Of a stretch of DNA of 64,000 bases, positions 27,346-41,306 are shown in pieces. The notes beneath the pieces are model-generated. The model did not search any database. It saw only the letters and a list, made by a program, of their open reading frames with translations, and was not told where the DNA came from. The DNA lies in NCBI RefSeq assembly GCF_006345805.1, contig NC_043000.1, forward strand, positions 95,604,001 through 95,668,000. The letters are read 5' to 3'. The stretch is from Octopus sinensis. Its lineage: Eukaryota. Both the position numbers and the translations under genes were made by a program. The first letter of the stretch is position 1. Each line of letters opens with the position of its first letter.

Positions 27346-27750
27346 GTCTGTCTGTCTATCTATTTATCTATTTTTATATATGTCTGTCTGTCTGTCTGTA
27401 TCTGTCTGTCTGTCTCTTTCTAGTATGCTTCACTGGATGTGCAACATCAGTATGCATTTACTACTAAGTGCAAATGTGTTGAGTTGGGTATAAGAGGAAT
27501 CAGATGCAGTATGCAAGAGAGAAAACTATGTAGGTTTGGATATGTGATGCATATGAATGAAGACAGCTGTATAAAGAAGTGTCAATCACTGAAAATGGAT
27601 GGCACTGTAGAAGAGGGAGATCTAGGAAGACATGGGATGAAGTGATGAGGACTGATGAGGATCCCAACATCCTGATGAAAGAGATGACATTGGATCAAGA
27701 TGTCTGGCAATACGAGGTTCTTCAGAAGACCCACCCATTTCAGCAAAACC
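25880..27750 (+). mobile_element. Degenerate RTE LINE RT fragment
   Basis: MKTGKASAPSG, YKGKCDALDRNNYRG, QFGFVPGR, PWELLYADDL, VVNSFCYLG; split by a microsatellite at 27228-27422. Confidence 0.85.
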
Positions 27751-29167
27751 AAGTCTTAGAAACATTGTGTTTCACCCACATGTAACAATAAAACTTTTCA
27801 CACACCCAACCCCAATAAATCAAAATACATCTCTTCTCTTCTTTACCTTTCCTCTTTTTCATGCACTATGCCATTAATATTCTGATCCCTGTTCCTTGTG
27901 AATATGCCTTGGCAATTCACCACCATTTCTCTCCTGCTCCTTCTTGCACTCTCCTTCTCTTTCTCTTGCTCTCTCCCTGTGACTGGTTAACCATGCATCT
28001 CCTCTACAGCAACACACCTGTTACTGTCCTCATTCTTGATTATCACCCCTCTCTCTCTCTTTCTCTCTAGGTAACAATGTAACTCCTCTACAGCAAGACA
28101 CCTGTTTCTGTCTCTCTATCAGACTCTAGCCTTTCATCATCTGGCACAAGATCACCTGCTCCAATTCCCCCTACCCTCTCAGAGGATCTTTGTCTTGCAA
28201 ATTACTTGGTGACCCTGCCTGTGCTGGCGCTATGTAAAAAGCATCCAGTCCACACTGTAAAGTAGTTGGCATTTGGGAGGGCATCCAGCAGTAAAAACCA
28301 TGCCAAAACTGACCTCACCTGTGCTGGTGCCACATAAAAAGCACTGAGTTTACTCTGTGGAGTTGTTGGTGTTAAGAGGGGCATCCAACCATAAAAGCTA
28401 TGTAGAAGCAGACACTGAAGTCTGGTGCCATTTTTTGCTTACCCAGCTCCAGTCAAACCATCCAACCCATTCTAGTTTGGAAAGCAGACATCAAATGATG
28501 ATGATATATATATATATACTTGACCACACAGCGATGATCATAGCAATGAAGCTAAGAATTCTCATTTCATCTCTTCCTGACTCTTGTACTACACACATAC
28601 ATTTGCTGCTAACCCTTAAATGTTCGAATCTATTCACTAATTCTGCTTGTTCTTAAAATATAACCCTTTAATTTGTTTATCCCCTCGGTACCAAGTTAAT
28701 TTGTTCGTTACTCTGTTCATTTCTTCAAACCCCGATTGCTTTAAGTCTACTGTCCCCAATCAAAATCTTCGCAGCCCGCCATTCGTTTCTCTTTACCCCA
28801 AACCTTCCCCACTGGTGCTCCCCTATATTACATGCACCCCCCACCACTCTCTCTCCCTCTCCCTCTCTCCTCTCTGCCGGAACCCTCCCCCCCTGCCGCA
28901 ATGCAACGAAAAAAGGCAATAACCGATCGTGGCCGATGCCAGACCCCTCTGGCATCTGTGCAGGTGGCACGTAAAAAGCACCCACTACACTCGCGGAGTG
29001 GTTGGCGTTAGGAAGGGCATCCAGCTGTAGAAAAAACTGCCAGATCAGACTGGAGCCAGGGGCAGTCCCTGCTCCCCAGACCCCAGTCAAACCGTCCAAC
29101 CCGTGCTAGCGCGGAAAACGGACGTTAAACGATGATGATGATGATGATGATGATGATATTTATATAC

Positions 29168-29206
<39 letters not shown>

Positions 29207-29212
<6 letters not shown>

Positions 29213-30550
29213 TCTCAGAAAAGCTATTATTTTATAACCTAATAATGTGACCAATTCTCATTCAAATGATCTCAAATTTTAGCAACATGTGTAGAAACAT
29301 CTCAAAATTCCTTGTTAATTGTTTTATATAGTTTTTTATATTTCTGATATAGAAATGTCATTCACTGGAAAGTAGTAGTGTTTTGTATGTTGGAGTATGC
29401 TCAAATACAGTCAAAGAAGACTGTGCAGTGTGCATTTGTGATAGAATTCACCAAAAATGCACCAAGTATATTTTCAGATTTGGACATGACACAAAAAATT
29501 CAAAGAAGAAGGTTGCCTATGCAGGGCAAAAGGATCTGAATGACCACCACTATCAGAGGGGATAATTGAGTAGGTTTAGGAGTTATTTTTGAGAAACCTT
29601 AGGAAGTCCATAAGAGGAGCAAGTCTAGAAACACTTATTCTTCCAATAACACTTTGGTATGTCACAAAGGAATGCTTGTGAATGACACACTACATGCTGC
29701 AACTTGTTCATACTTTAAAGACAGATGACAAGCAAAAGCAAAAGCAATTCTGTGTCAATATGCAAAAGAAACTTAAAGACAAGTTTCAAGAACATCTTGT
29801 TTTCAGTGATGAGGCCTTCTTTCATACAAAAATCAAATTCAACAAGCATAATGTTAGCATTTACGGCAAACAAAGTAGCCATGTTACAGCTGAGTACATG
29901 AAGAACTCACCAAAAGTGAATGTGTTCTGCACCAGCTCCAAGAATCATTTTTATGGTCCATTTTTTTTTTTTGAAGGCAATGTTATTGGCAATGTTTATC
30001 TGCAAATGCTTCAGAACTGGCTAGTTGATAAGTTCATTGCAAATAAACATGAACATTTCATTTTGCAACAGGACAAAGCTTTACCGTGCTTGCTTATCTC
30101 ATTGAGAATGTGCCAAGGAGATGGATCAGATGTGCTGGTGATGAAAACCATGTGCTGTTGAATTGGCTACGATATTCACTTAACCTGACACCTTGTGAAT
30201 TTTTCTCTAAAGTTATATGAAGGGACTGGTCTATACCTCCAAACCTGTTTCCCTATAAGCTTAGAGGAACTCAAGCAGAGAACTACTGCTGCACTGGAGA
30301 CTGTTACACAAGACATGCTGCAATGGGTTTGGCAGGAACTGGACTACTGACTTGATGTGTGCTGTATCACAGGTGGTTCACATATTCTTCGTTTCATTTT
30401 TGCATCTGTTATTTTATTATTGATCTTCTATATAAATGAAGCCATATCCTTTAATTTGCTGCTTTTCTTTACACAGAGTGAGAAGATGCATTGCGGAACT
30501 GTTATTTTAATGAGTTATAACTATTTATCACCAAAAGAGACACATCTGCA
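29207..30550 (+). mobile_element. Degenerate Tc1/mariner-superfamily element (maT/rosa-like)
   Basis: FSDEAFFH..SPKVNVFC..FILQQD..NLTPCEFF..GYMKGLVY; left terminus CAGGTGTCTCAGAAAAG; right end uncertain. Confidence 0.7.
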
Positions 30551-30669
30551 CCATAAGGTGCTCTTGAATCAGTTGTTAAGTATCCCACTTGTGAGTGATG
30601 AATGCTGCATGTGTGTAAACAATTGTAGTGATTAATAAAAATTCTCATATCTTCCATCTTTCATTTACC

Positions 30670-30700
<31 letters not shown>

Positions 30701-30783
30701 GGTCCCGGGTTGATTCGGGGTTAACCACAGTAAATAAGGTACTCAGTACATAGTAGAGTAAAATTAATTTATTATATAGAAGG

Positions 30784-30834
30784 AGCTTCTACAGGACTAG
30801 AACTGTTTCATTCAAGAGAAATCTTCAGGAAGCT
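30784..30834 (-). ncRNA. Type I hammerhead ribozyme motif (family A)
   Basis: AGCTTC CTGAAGA TTTCTCTTGAAT GAAA CAG TTCTAGTC CTG TA GAAGCT: stems I and III are perfect and the core is intact. Confidence 0.75.
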
Positions 30835-31829
30835 AGTTAACAAGAATTGTATTGGCATTTATACATTGAGGCAGGTTTAAAGGGGTGTTGGTGGGGGACT
30901 TTTTGGGGGTAGGCATAGCGCAAAATATCATACTTGGGGGAGTGGTCAAGGAGTCAGTGTTAAATTTGATAGAAGAATAAATAAAAAAATAAAAAAATAT
31001 ATATATAAAAAAAAGGGAATAGAGTTTTAGGTAAATAAGGAGATTCTCACTTATACCTATGCACATATGTATACATATATACACACACATACAAAGATAT
31101 ATACATATACATACACACATACATACACACACACATATATACATATATATACACTTACACATACATATCTACACATACACATATATGTATACATACACAC
31201 ACTCACATGCATACACGTATACACACACGACCACACATACATATACACACAGAAAAATATATATGCACATACACACACATACTCACATACACGCATACAC
31301 ACACATATCCACACACACACATGCACACACAGCACACTAGTCCCTATATACACATATATACACATACACACATATATACACACACATACATATACATACA
31401 TATATATATATATATATACATATGTGTACCTATGCATACCTACACATACACACATATATATACACATACAAATACAGACCCATTCCCTAATTTTAATTTT
31501 ATTATCTTTATTTATTACTTTTGTTATCTTTGACCGCTGGTCACAAACATCTTGGCTATGACAGCCAGTCCATTTATCTGTCTACTGGAAAACAAGCACT
31601 CATTCACTCACGCACACTCTTTAGCACGTACACTCACTCATTCGTACACTCATACACATACACGCACGCACGCGTTATATTCATACATACATACATCTAC
31701 ATACATTCACGTATATACACATACGTACGCGTACCTACAGATTCATGTCTACACTCTTAGAAGGCTAGTCTATACATATACACCAATAAATATAAATACA
31801 CACACATACATATACACCTACATACAAAT

Positions 31830-31861
<32 letters not shown>

Positions 31862-32252
31862 TCACATATATATACACACATATATATATACACATATATA
31901 TATATATATATACACACATACACATATATACACACATACACATACCTACATATACACACATACACATACATACGTATACATACATACATACATCCATACA
32001 TCCATACATACATACATTTATACACATACACACACCCACACGTAAACATATACATGCATATATATACGCGCATGCATACACATACAAATACATACACATA
32101 CGCATATACATATACATACATACATATACACACACCACACACTATATATATATATATAATTTCAACAATTGAGGGTAAAATTAATTAATTAATCAATTTC
32201 ACCAAGTATTCAGTATGCAAAGGGACCATTTAAGGCGAATTCAAATTATTAC

Positions 32253-32536
32253 ATTATATAAAAGGGCTTAGTAAAATAAATTACTTTGCCGCATACTGAA
32301 CTCATTAGAAATAGCAGCTAAAAAACTTTTTTAAAACTATTTCTAATACTAAAGAAAACCTCTCTCATATAGTGTTTGCACAATTCAACTCAACTCAAGT
32401 TGAATTGAGCAAACACTATATGAGAGAGGTTTTCTTTAAGTATTAGAAATAGTTTTAAAAAAGTTTTTTAGCTGCTATTTCTAATGAGTTCAGTATGCGG
32501 CAAAGTAATTTATTTTACTAAGCCCTTTTATATAAT
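32253..32536. repeat. Near-perfect ~280-bp palindrome (hairpin P), copy 1
   Basis: Arms of about 138 bp around a CAACTCA loop at 32391-32397. Confidence 0.95.
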
Positions 32537-32542
32537 ATATAT

Positions 32543-32584
<42 letters not shown>

Positions 32585-33195
32585 ATATATACATACACAC
32601 ACATACATATACATACATACATATACAAATATACGCACACACATACGTACATACTCATATACACATACACGCACATACACATGTACATGCGTACCCATAC
32701 ACACACACGCGCATCCATATATACACATAAGTACACACATGCGTAAAAGTATACATATATCTATGCTTACACATACACACGCTCCTCCTTATATTCATAC
32801 TTACATGCATACTCAAAAAATAAGTAAATAGTAAAATATATATACGCGCAGTTATTCATACATGCATACTCAAAAAATAAATAATAAATATTAAGTATAT
32901 GTACGTGCAGTTACCTATTATATAGACAGATAATTTATCTCTACTGGAAAACAAGCACTCATTCACTCACGCACACTCTTTAGCACGTACACTCACTCAT
33001 TCGTACACTCCAACATACACGCACGCACGCGTTATATTCATACATACATCCATCTACATACATTCACGTATATACACATACGTACGCGTACCTACAGATT
33101 TATGTCTACACTCTTAGAAGGCTAGTCTATATATATACACCAATAAATATAAATACACACACATACATATACACCTACATACAAATACATACATG

Positions 33196-33259
<64 letters not shown>

Positions 33260-33528
33260 ATATTCACATATATATACACACATATATATATACACATATA
33301 TATATATATATAACACACATACACATATATACACACATACACATACCTACATATACACACATACACATACATACGTATACATACATACATACATCCATAC
33401 ATCCATACATACATACATTTATACACATACACACACCCACACGTAAACATATACATGCATATATATACGCGCATGCATACACATACAAATACATACACAT
33501 ACGCATATACATATACATACATACATAT

Positions 33529-33559
<31 letters not shown>

Positions 33560-33653
33560 ATTTCAACAATTGAGGGTAAAATTAATTAATTAATCAATTT
33601 CACCAAGTATTCAGTATGCAAAGGGACCATTTAAGGCGAATTCAAATTATTAC

Positions 33654-33933
33654 ATTATATAAAAGGGCTTAGTAAAATAAATTACTTTGCCGCATACTGA
33701 ACTCATTAGAAATAGCAGCTAAAAAACTTTTTTAAAACTATTTCTAATACTTAAAGAAAACCTCTCTCATATAGTGTTTGCACAATTCAACTCAACTCAA
33801 GTTGAATTGAGCAAACACTATATGAGAGAGGTTTTCTTTAAGTATTAGAAATAGTTTTAAAAAAGTTTTTTAGCTGCTATTTCTAATGAGTTCAGTATGC
33901 GGCAAAGTAATTTATTTTTACTAACCTTTTATA

Positions 33934-33934
<1 letters not shown>
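33654..33934. repeat. Palindrome P, copy 2
   Basis: Same sequence one ~1.4-kb period downstream. Confidence 0.95.
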
Positions 33935-33994
<60 letters not shown>

Positions 33995-34611
33995 CATACA
34001 ACACATACATATACATACATACATATACAAATATACGCACACACATACGTACATACTCATATACACATACACGCACATACACATGTACATGCGTACCCAT
34101 ACACACACACGCGCATCCATATATACACATAAGTACACACATGCGTAAAAGTATACATATATCTATGCTTACACATACACACGCCTCCTTATATTCATAC
34201 TTACATGCATACTCAAAAAATAAGTAAATAGTAAAATATATATACGCGCAGTTATTCATACATGCATACTCAAAAAATAAATAATAAATATTAAGTATAT
34301 GTACGTGCAGTTACCTATTATATAGACAGATAATTTATCTGTCTACTGGAAAACAAGCACTCATTCACTCACGCACACTCTTTAGCACGTACACTCACTC
34401 ATTCGTACACTCATACACATACACGCACGCACGCGTTATATTCATACATACATCCATCTACATACATTCACGTATATACACATACGTACGCGTACCTACA
34501 GATTTATGTCTACACTCTTAGAAGGCTAGTCTATATATATACACCAATAAATATAAATACACACACATACATATACACCTACATACAAATACATACATGT
34601 ATGTATATATA

Positions 34612-34669
<58 letters not shown>

Positions 34670-34671
34670 CA

Positions 34672-34703
<32 letters not shown>

Positions 34704-35043
34704 CACATACGCATACACACACATATACATATATATATACGCTACACGCACATACACATGTACATGCGTACCCATACACACACACACACACGCGCGCATC
34801 CATATATACACATAAGTACACACATGCGTAAAAGTATACATATAAACTTACACATACACACACACACACGCGCCTCCTTATATTCATACTTACATGCATA
34901 CTCAAAAAATAAGTAAATAGTAAAATATATATACGCGCAGTTATTCGTACATGCGTACTCAAAAAATAAATAATAAATATTAAGTATATGTACGTGCAGT
35001 TACCTATTATATAGACGGATATACTACATATAAACTTACACAC

Positions 35044-35099
<56 letters not shown>

Positions 35100-35314
35100 T
35101 ATATATATATATATATACATACATACATATATACACATACACATACATATATACATAACAAATATATACACAACCACATACACATACATATATACTTATA
35201 TAACATACTTACACACATGTACATATAAATACACACATACACATACACACATGTATACACACACACATATATATATATATATTTATACATATATATACAT
35301 ACATATACACATAG

Positions 35315-35460
35315 GCGCAAGGCCTAGTGGTTAGGGCAGCGGACTCGCGGTCGCAGGATCGCGGTTTCGATCTCAGACTGGGCGTTGTGTGTGTTTATGA
35401 GCGAAAACACCTAAAAAGCTCTACGAGGCTCCGGCAGGGGGTGGTGATCCCGCTGTACTC
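35315..35460 (+). mobile_element. tRNA-headed SINE 5' part
   Basis: GGCGCAAGGCCTAGTGGTTAGGGCAGCGG..GGTTTCGATCTC head. Confidence 0.75.
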
Positions 35461-35833
35461 ATTCACCACAATGGCGGTGCACCAGCATGGCCACAGCTCA
35501 AGAGCTGAAACTGGAACAAAACAAAAACAAAACATATATATATATATATATATATTACATATACATATATAATATATATACACATCACACATATACACAT
35601 ATATATACACAACACACATACATACACACATACATAAACATATACATACATATACACACAGTATACACATATAGACATATACATATCACTACACACACAT
35701 ATATATACATGTGTGAAACATAATACATTCTCATACAAGCAGACACACTTACATTTACATATATACACAACTTACACACATATATACATACACATATACA
35801 TACATACATACATACATACGTATATGCATACAT

Positions 35834-35864
<31 letters not shown>

Positions 35865-36313
35865 CATACATACATATACACATACCCATACATATATATA
35901 CACACATATACATATACACATGCACATACTTATATGGATGCGCGCGTGAGTGTGTGTGTGTATGGGTACGCATGTACATGTGTATGTGCGTGTAGTGTAT
36001 ATATATGTATATGTGTGTGTATGCGTATGTGTGTGTATATATGTGTATGTGTATATATGTGTATATATATGTGAATATATATATATATATATATAATTAT
36101 GTGTGAAATAGAAAGATGAATAATCTTGTATAGATTAATCAAAAGTTTAACCGATACCTTAGTAGCAAAAATCACAGCAGTGAACAGCACGGTTGGAGGT
36201 ACAACCATCTGGCGTTGCAACCGTGCGTTGGTGCGGATAATTGAAATTAAATTAAAACATTATGGTGAATTGAAGAAATGGAGCTGAACGCAGATTGAAC
36301 AGAAATCGTTTTA

Positions 36314-36402
36314 TTTCATTCTACACGTGTTTCGAAAGGCACAAATTACCAAAATCCGATTGAATAATGGGACCATATTGTGTCTTTCTCTTCAGGAAGA
36401 AA
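36314..36402 (-). ncRNA. Type I hammerhead ribozyme motif (family B), left arm
   Basis: Reverse complement of 36576-36663. Confidence 0.8.
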
Positions 36403-36575
36403 AAAGGAAATCCGTTGGAAAAACACAAAACAGAACAGAGGCAGAGCAAAAAAACAATCGAACTGTGCTCCTAAGAGCCCATGGCGAAACAGTTTCGCCA
36501 TGGGCTCTTAGGAGCACAGTTCGATTTGTTTTGCTCTGCCTCTGTTCTGTTTTGTTTTTCCAACGGATTTCCTTT

Positions 36576-36663
36576 TTTCTTCCTGAAGAGAAAGACACAA
36601 TATGGTCCCATTATTCAATCGGATTTGGTAATTTGTGCCTTTCGAAACACGTGTAGAATGAAA
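36576..36663 (+). ncRNA. Type I hammerhead ribozyme motif (family B), right arm
   Basis: TTTCTTC CTGAAGA GAAAGACACAA..TTGTGCCTTTC GAAA C ACGT G TA GAATGAAA: intact core, long stem II, palindromic ACGT loop III. Confidence 0.8.
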
Positions 36664-36696
36664 TAAAACGATTTCTGTTCAATCTGCGTTCAGCTC

Positions 36697-36748
<52 letters not shown>

Positions 36749-37858
36749 TATAGATATAATATATATATATATATATATTATATGTACATGTATGTATTTG
36801 TATGTAGGTGTATATGTATGTGTGTGTATTTATATTTATTGGTGTATATATATAGACTAGCCTTCTAAGAGTGTAGACATAAATCTGTAGGTACGCGTAC
36901 GTATGTGCATATACGTGAATGTATGTAGATGGATGTATGTATGAATATAACGCGTGCGTGCGTGTATGTGTATGAGTGTACGAATGAGTGAGAGTACGTG
37001 CTAAAGTGTGGCGTGAGTGAATGAGTGCTTGTTTTCCAGTAGACAGATAAATGGACTGGCTGTCATAGCCAGATGTTTGTGACCAAGCGGCCAAAGATAA
37101 CAAAAGTAATAAACGAAGATAATAAAATTAAATTAGGGAATGGGTCTGTTTTGTATGTGTATATATGTGTGTATGTGTGGTTTGCATAGGTACACATATG
37201 TATATATATACATGTATGTATATGTATGTATGTGTGTGTATATGTGTGTGTATGTGTATATATGTGTATATAGGGACTAGTGTGCTGTGTGTGCATGTGT
37301 GTGTGTGGATATGTGTGTATGCGTGTATGTGAGTATGTGTGTGTATGTGTATATATATTTTCTGTGCGTATATGTATGTGAGGTCGTGTGTGTATATATA
37401 CATGTGTGTATACGTGTATGCATGTGAGTGTGTGTATGTATACATATATGTGTATGTTAGATATGTATATGTATGTGTATGGGTAAGTGTATATATATGT
37501 ATATATATGTGTGTGTATGTATGTGTGTATGTATATGTATATATGTTTGTATGTGTGTGTATGTATGTATACATGTGTGTGCATAGGTATAAGTGAGAAT
37601 CTCCTTATTTACCTAAAACTCTATTCCCCCTTTTTTTTATATATAGGTTCTTTTATATATAGGTTTTTTTATTTTTTTTATTTTTTTTTTAATTTTTTTT
37701 ATTTTTTTATTTATTCTTCTATCTAATTTAACACTGACTCCTTGACCACTCCCCCAAGTATGATATTTTGCGCTATGCCGACCCCCCAAAAAGTCCCCCA
37801 ACCAACACCCCGTTAAACCTGCCTAAATGTATAAATGCCAATACAATTCTTGTTAACT

Positions 37859-37910
37859 AGCTTTTCTGAAGATTTCTTGAATGAAAAACAGTTCTAGTCC
37901 TGTAGAAGCT
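37859..37910 (+). ncRNA. Degenerate family A hammerhead
   Basis: AGCTTTT CTGAAGA TTTCTTGAAT GAAAAA CAGTTCTAGTCCTG TA GAAGCT, with indels relative to the intact copies. Confidence 0.55.
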
Positions 37911-37915
37911 CCTTC

Positions 37916-37954
<39 letters not shown>

Positions 37955-39009
37955 TATATATACACACATATACATGTGTGCAAACATACATACATACTCA
38001 TACAGACACACACTTAATATTACATATATACACACACTTACACACATATATACATACACATATAATATATATATACAAACATACATATACCAATGCACAT
38101 ACTTATATCTCTACATACTCGCATATACATATATATATATATATATAATATATATATATATATAATATATGTATACACCACACTACATATACCTATATAC
38201 ATGTATATATACACACACATATATATACACATCTACAATTTGTATCTACACTCACATACATGCACATACACATACCTCTACCTACCTACATCTACATCGA
38301 CATACTCGCGTACACTCAATATATAACACATATATACATATACCCCACACCACCATACATACATATTACATTATCTTATATATATAAATATATACATAAT
38401 ACACATATACACACCCATACATATATATATATAACACACACACACACACACCACATACATATAATATATATATATATATATACATACATACACATATACA
38501 TACATGTACATATATATATATACATATATTACACACACATACATATATCAACAATTGAGGGTAAAGTTAATTAGTTATTAATCAATTTCACCAAGTATTC
38601 AGTATGTAAAAGGACCATTATTTTTTTGAGTAAACAATGTCTGAGGGAAAAATATTCTCTAAGTAGTGGAAGAGGCTAAAAAACTTTTTTGGCTGCTATT
38701 TCTAGAAAGTTCAGTATGTGGCAAAGTAATATTTTACTAAGCCCTCATTATATAATATTTTATACCTACATACCCATACATACACACATACATATACACA
38801 TACATATGCATACAAACATATATACATATATACATATATACATATATACATATATAACACACACACACACAACACCACAGCACATACATATATATATATA
38901 TTTTTTTTAATACATACACACACACACACATAATACATGCGTATATTCCTACTATACCCATACATTTCTATACATATATACGATACACATATACAGCGTG
39001 CACATACAA

Positions 39010-39185
39010 TATGTGAAAGGTCTTAGGAGAAAAGGTAATCGGGGGTGCTAGGGGAACGGTGGGATTGGGGGGGTTTTGTGGTGGGGTGTCATCAATCTGG
39101 TTGCCGGGTAGGTCTATAGTTCTTGTAGTTCGCATACTCTTATGCATGCAATTTGGGGAGTGTTCTGAGATTTGTCAGCAGGGGT
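39010..39185 (-). mobile_element. Penelope-like ORF C-terminus and 3' UTR (inverted piece)
   Basis: With frameshifts reads LLNKISEHSPNCMHK, resembling the LNxRxE..CxH end of PLE GIY-YIG domains. Confidence 0.45.
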
Positions 39186-39569
39186 GCTAACGACTCTGCT
39201 GAAATAAGTGACCTAGTGGCCTTTTCATCCTCCATAGGCTGCAAAACCCTATTCACAGGCCTCTACGGTGGTCTTTACCGCGATGACGGCCTTTTCGCCC
39301 TCCACAAAATAAACCCCAGGGACCACGGATGGGTTCCGGAAAAATCTTTACACTTCTTTAAAACTTAGGCCTTAGGATTACCTTAGAATCCCAAACTTAA
39401 ACAAAAGCTAACTTCTTGATGTCACCCTCGACTTTAAAAACCTCACTTTATTACCCGTACCACCAAACCGAATGAATCCCTTAGATATATAGATATTAAT
39501 TCCAACCACCCCAAAAATATATTAGATAACCTAGTAAAAAGTGTCTCAATTAGAATTTCTAGCCTGTCC
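39185..39569 (+). mobile_element. Penelope-like reverse transcriptase fragment, cut off by the gap
   Basis: GANDSAEISDLV..GLYRDDGL..NFLDVTLD..PNESLRYIDINSNHPKNI..ISSLS; frameshifted. Confidence 0.85.
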
Positions 39570-39669
39570 NNNNNNNNNNNNNNNNNNNNNNNNNNNNNNN
39601 NNNNNNNNNNNNNNNNNNNNNNNNNNNNNNNNNNNNNNNNNNNNNNNNNNNNNNNNNNNNNNNNNNNNN
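39570..39669. other. Assembly gap (100 N, true size unknown)
   Basis: Run of N. Confidence 1.
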
Positions 39670-40054
39670 TCTCGCGTCCGTGCGGTTTTGGTAGGGCCTC
39701 CGATGTGCAAAGCGACAGTTTGCACCTTCAACGCCGTACAGCAGTCCCCCCTCAGGAGAATTTGCAGGTGTTTCTTTCCCTGCCCTTACAGTCGTGTGTG
39801 TATTATACATGTGTGTATACGTGTATGCATGTGAGTGTGTGTATGTATACATATATGTGTATGTGTAGATATGTATAGTATGTGTAAAATACATATATTA
39901 AATAGTAAAATATATATACGCGCAGTTATTCATACATGCATACTCAAAAAATAAATAATAAATATTAAGTATATGTACGTGCAGTTACCTATTATATAGA
40001 CGGACGGATACATACATATAAACTTACACACACACACACATATATATATATATA

Positions 40055-40108
<54 letters not shown>

Positions 40109-40638
40109 ATACACACATATATATACATAACATATATACATATATAATACACACACATATACACATATATATATATATATATATACATACTTACACACAT
40201 GTACAAATACATACACACATAGATAACTCTACGTACCTACATATACATAAACACACGAGCGTACACGTATATGTACATATACACATATACACTTCTAAGA
40301 GTGTAGACATGAATCTGTAGGTACGCGTACGTATGTGTATATACGTGAATGTATGTAGATGTATGTATGTATGAATATAACGCGTGCGTGCGTGTATGTG
40401 TATGAGTGTGCGAATGAGTGAGTGTACGTGCTAAAGAGTGTGCGTGAGTAAATGAGTGCTTGTTTTCCAGTAGACAGATAATGGACTGGCTGTCATAGCC
40501 AAGATGTTTGTGACCAGCGATCAAAGATAACAAAAGTAATAAATGAAGATAATAAAATTAAAATTAGGGAATGTGTCTGTATTTGTATGTGTATATATAG
40601 TGTGTATGTGTAGGTATGCATAGGTACACATATGTATA

Positions 40639-40706
<68 letters not shown>

Positions 40707-41306
40707 ATGTATGTGTGTGTATATGTGTGTGTATGTGTATATATGTGTATATAGGGACTAGTGTGCTGTGTGTGCATATGTGTGTGTATGCGTGTATGTG
40801 AGTATGTGTGTGTATGTGTATATATATTTTCTGTGTGTATATGTATGTGTGGTCGTGTGTGGTATATATACATGTGTGTATACGTGTATGCATGTGAGTG
40901 TGTGTATGTATACATATATGTGTATGTGTAGATATGTATATGTATGTGTAAGTGTATAATATGTAATATGTGTGTGTGTACGTATGTGTGTATGTATATG
41001 TATATGTTTGTATGTGTGTGTATATATGTATACATATGTGCATAGGTATAAGTGAGAATCTCCTTATTTACCTAAAACTCTATTCCCTTTTTTTATATAT
41101 ATTTTTATATTTTTTTATATATATTTTTTATATATTTTTTTATTTTTTTTATTTTTTTATTTACTCTTCTATCTGATTTAACACTGACTCCTTGACCACT
41201 CCCCCAAGTATGATATTTTGCGCTATGCCTACCCCCAAAAAGTCCCCCACCAACACCCCTTTAAACCTGCCTAAATGTATAAATGCCAATACAATTCTTG
41301 TTAACT

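Noticed and set aside
32165-32536. Hammerhead-like words (CTAATGA, CTGAATA..GAAA) in unit P
   Set aside because: The core deviates at essential positions and no stem I pairing could be drawn.
36327-36666. Mirror-image ORFs on both strands
   Set aside because: They are an artefact of the palindrome.
30833-41176. Dozens of Y/I/H/T- or C/V/M-rich ORFs
   Set aside because: They are pseudo-microsatellite translations, not genes.
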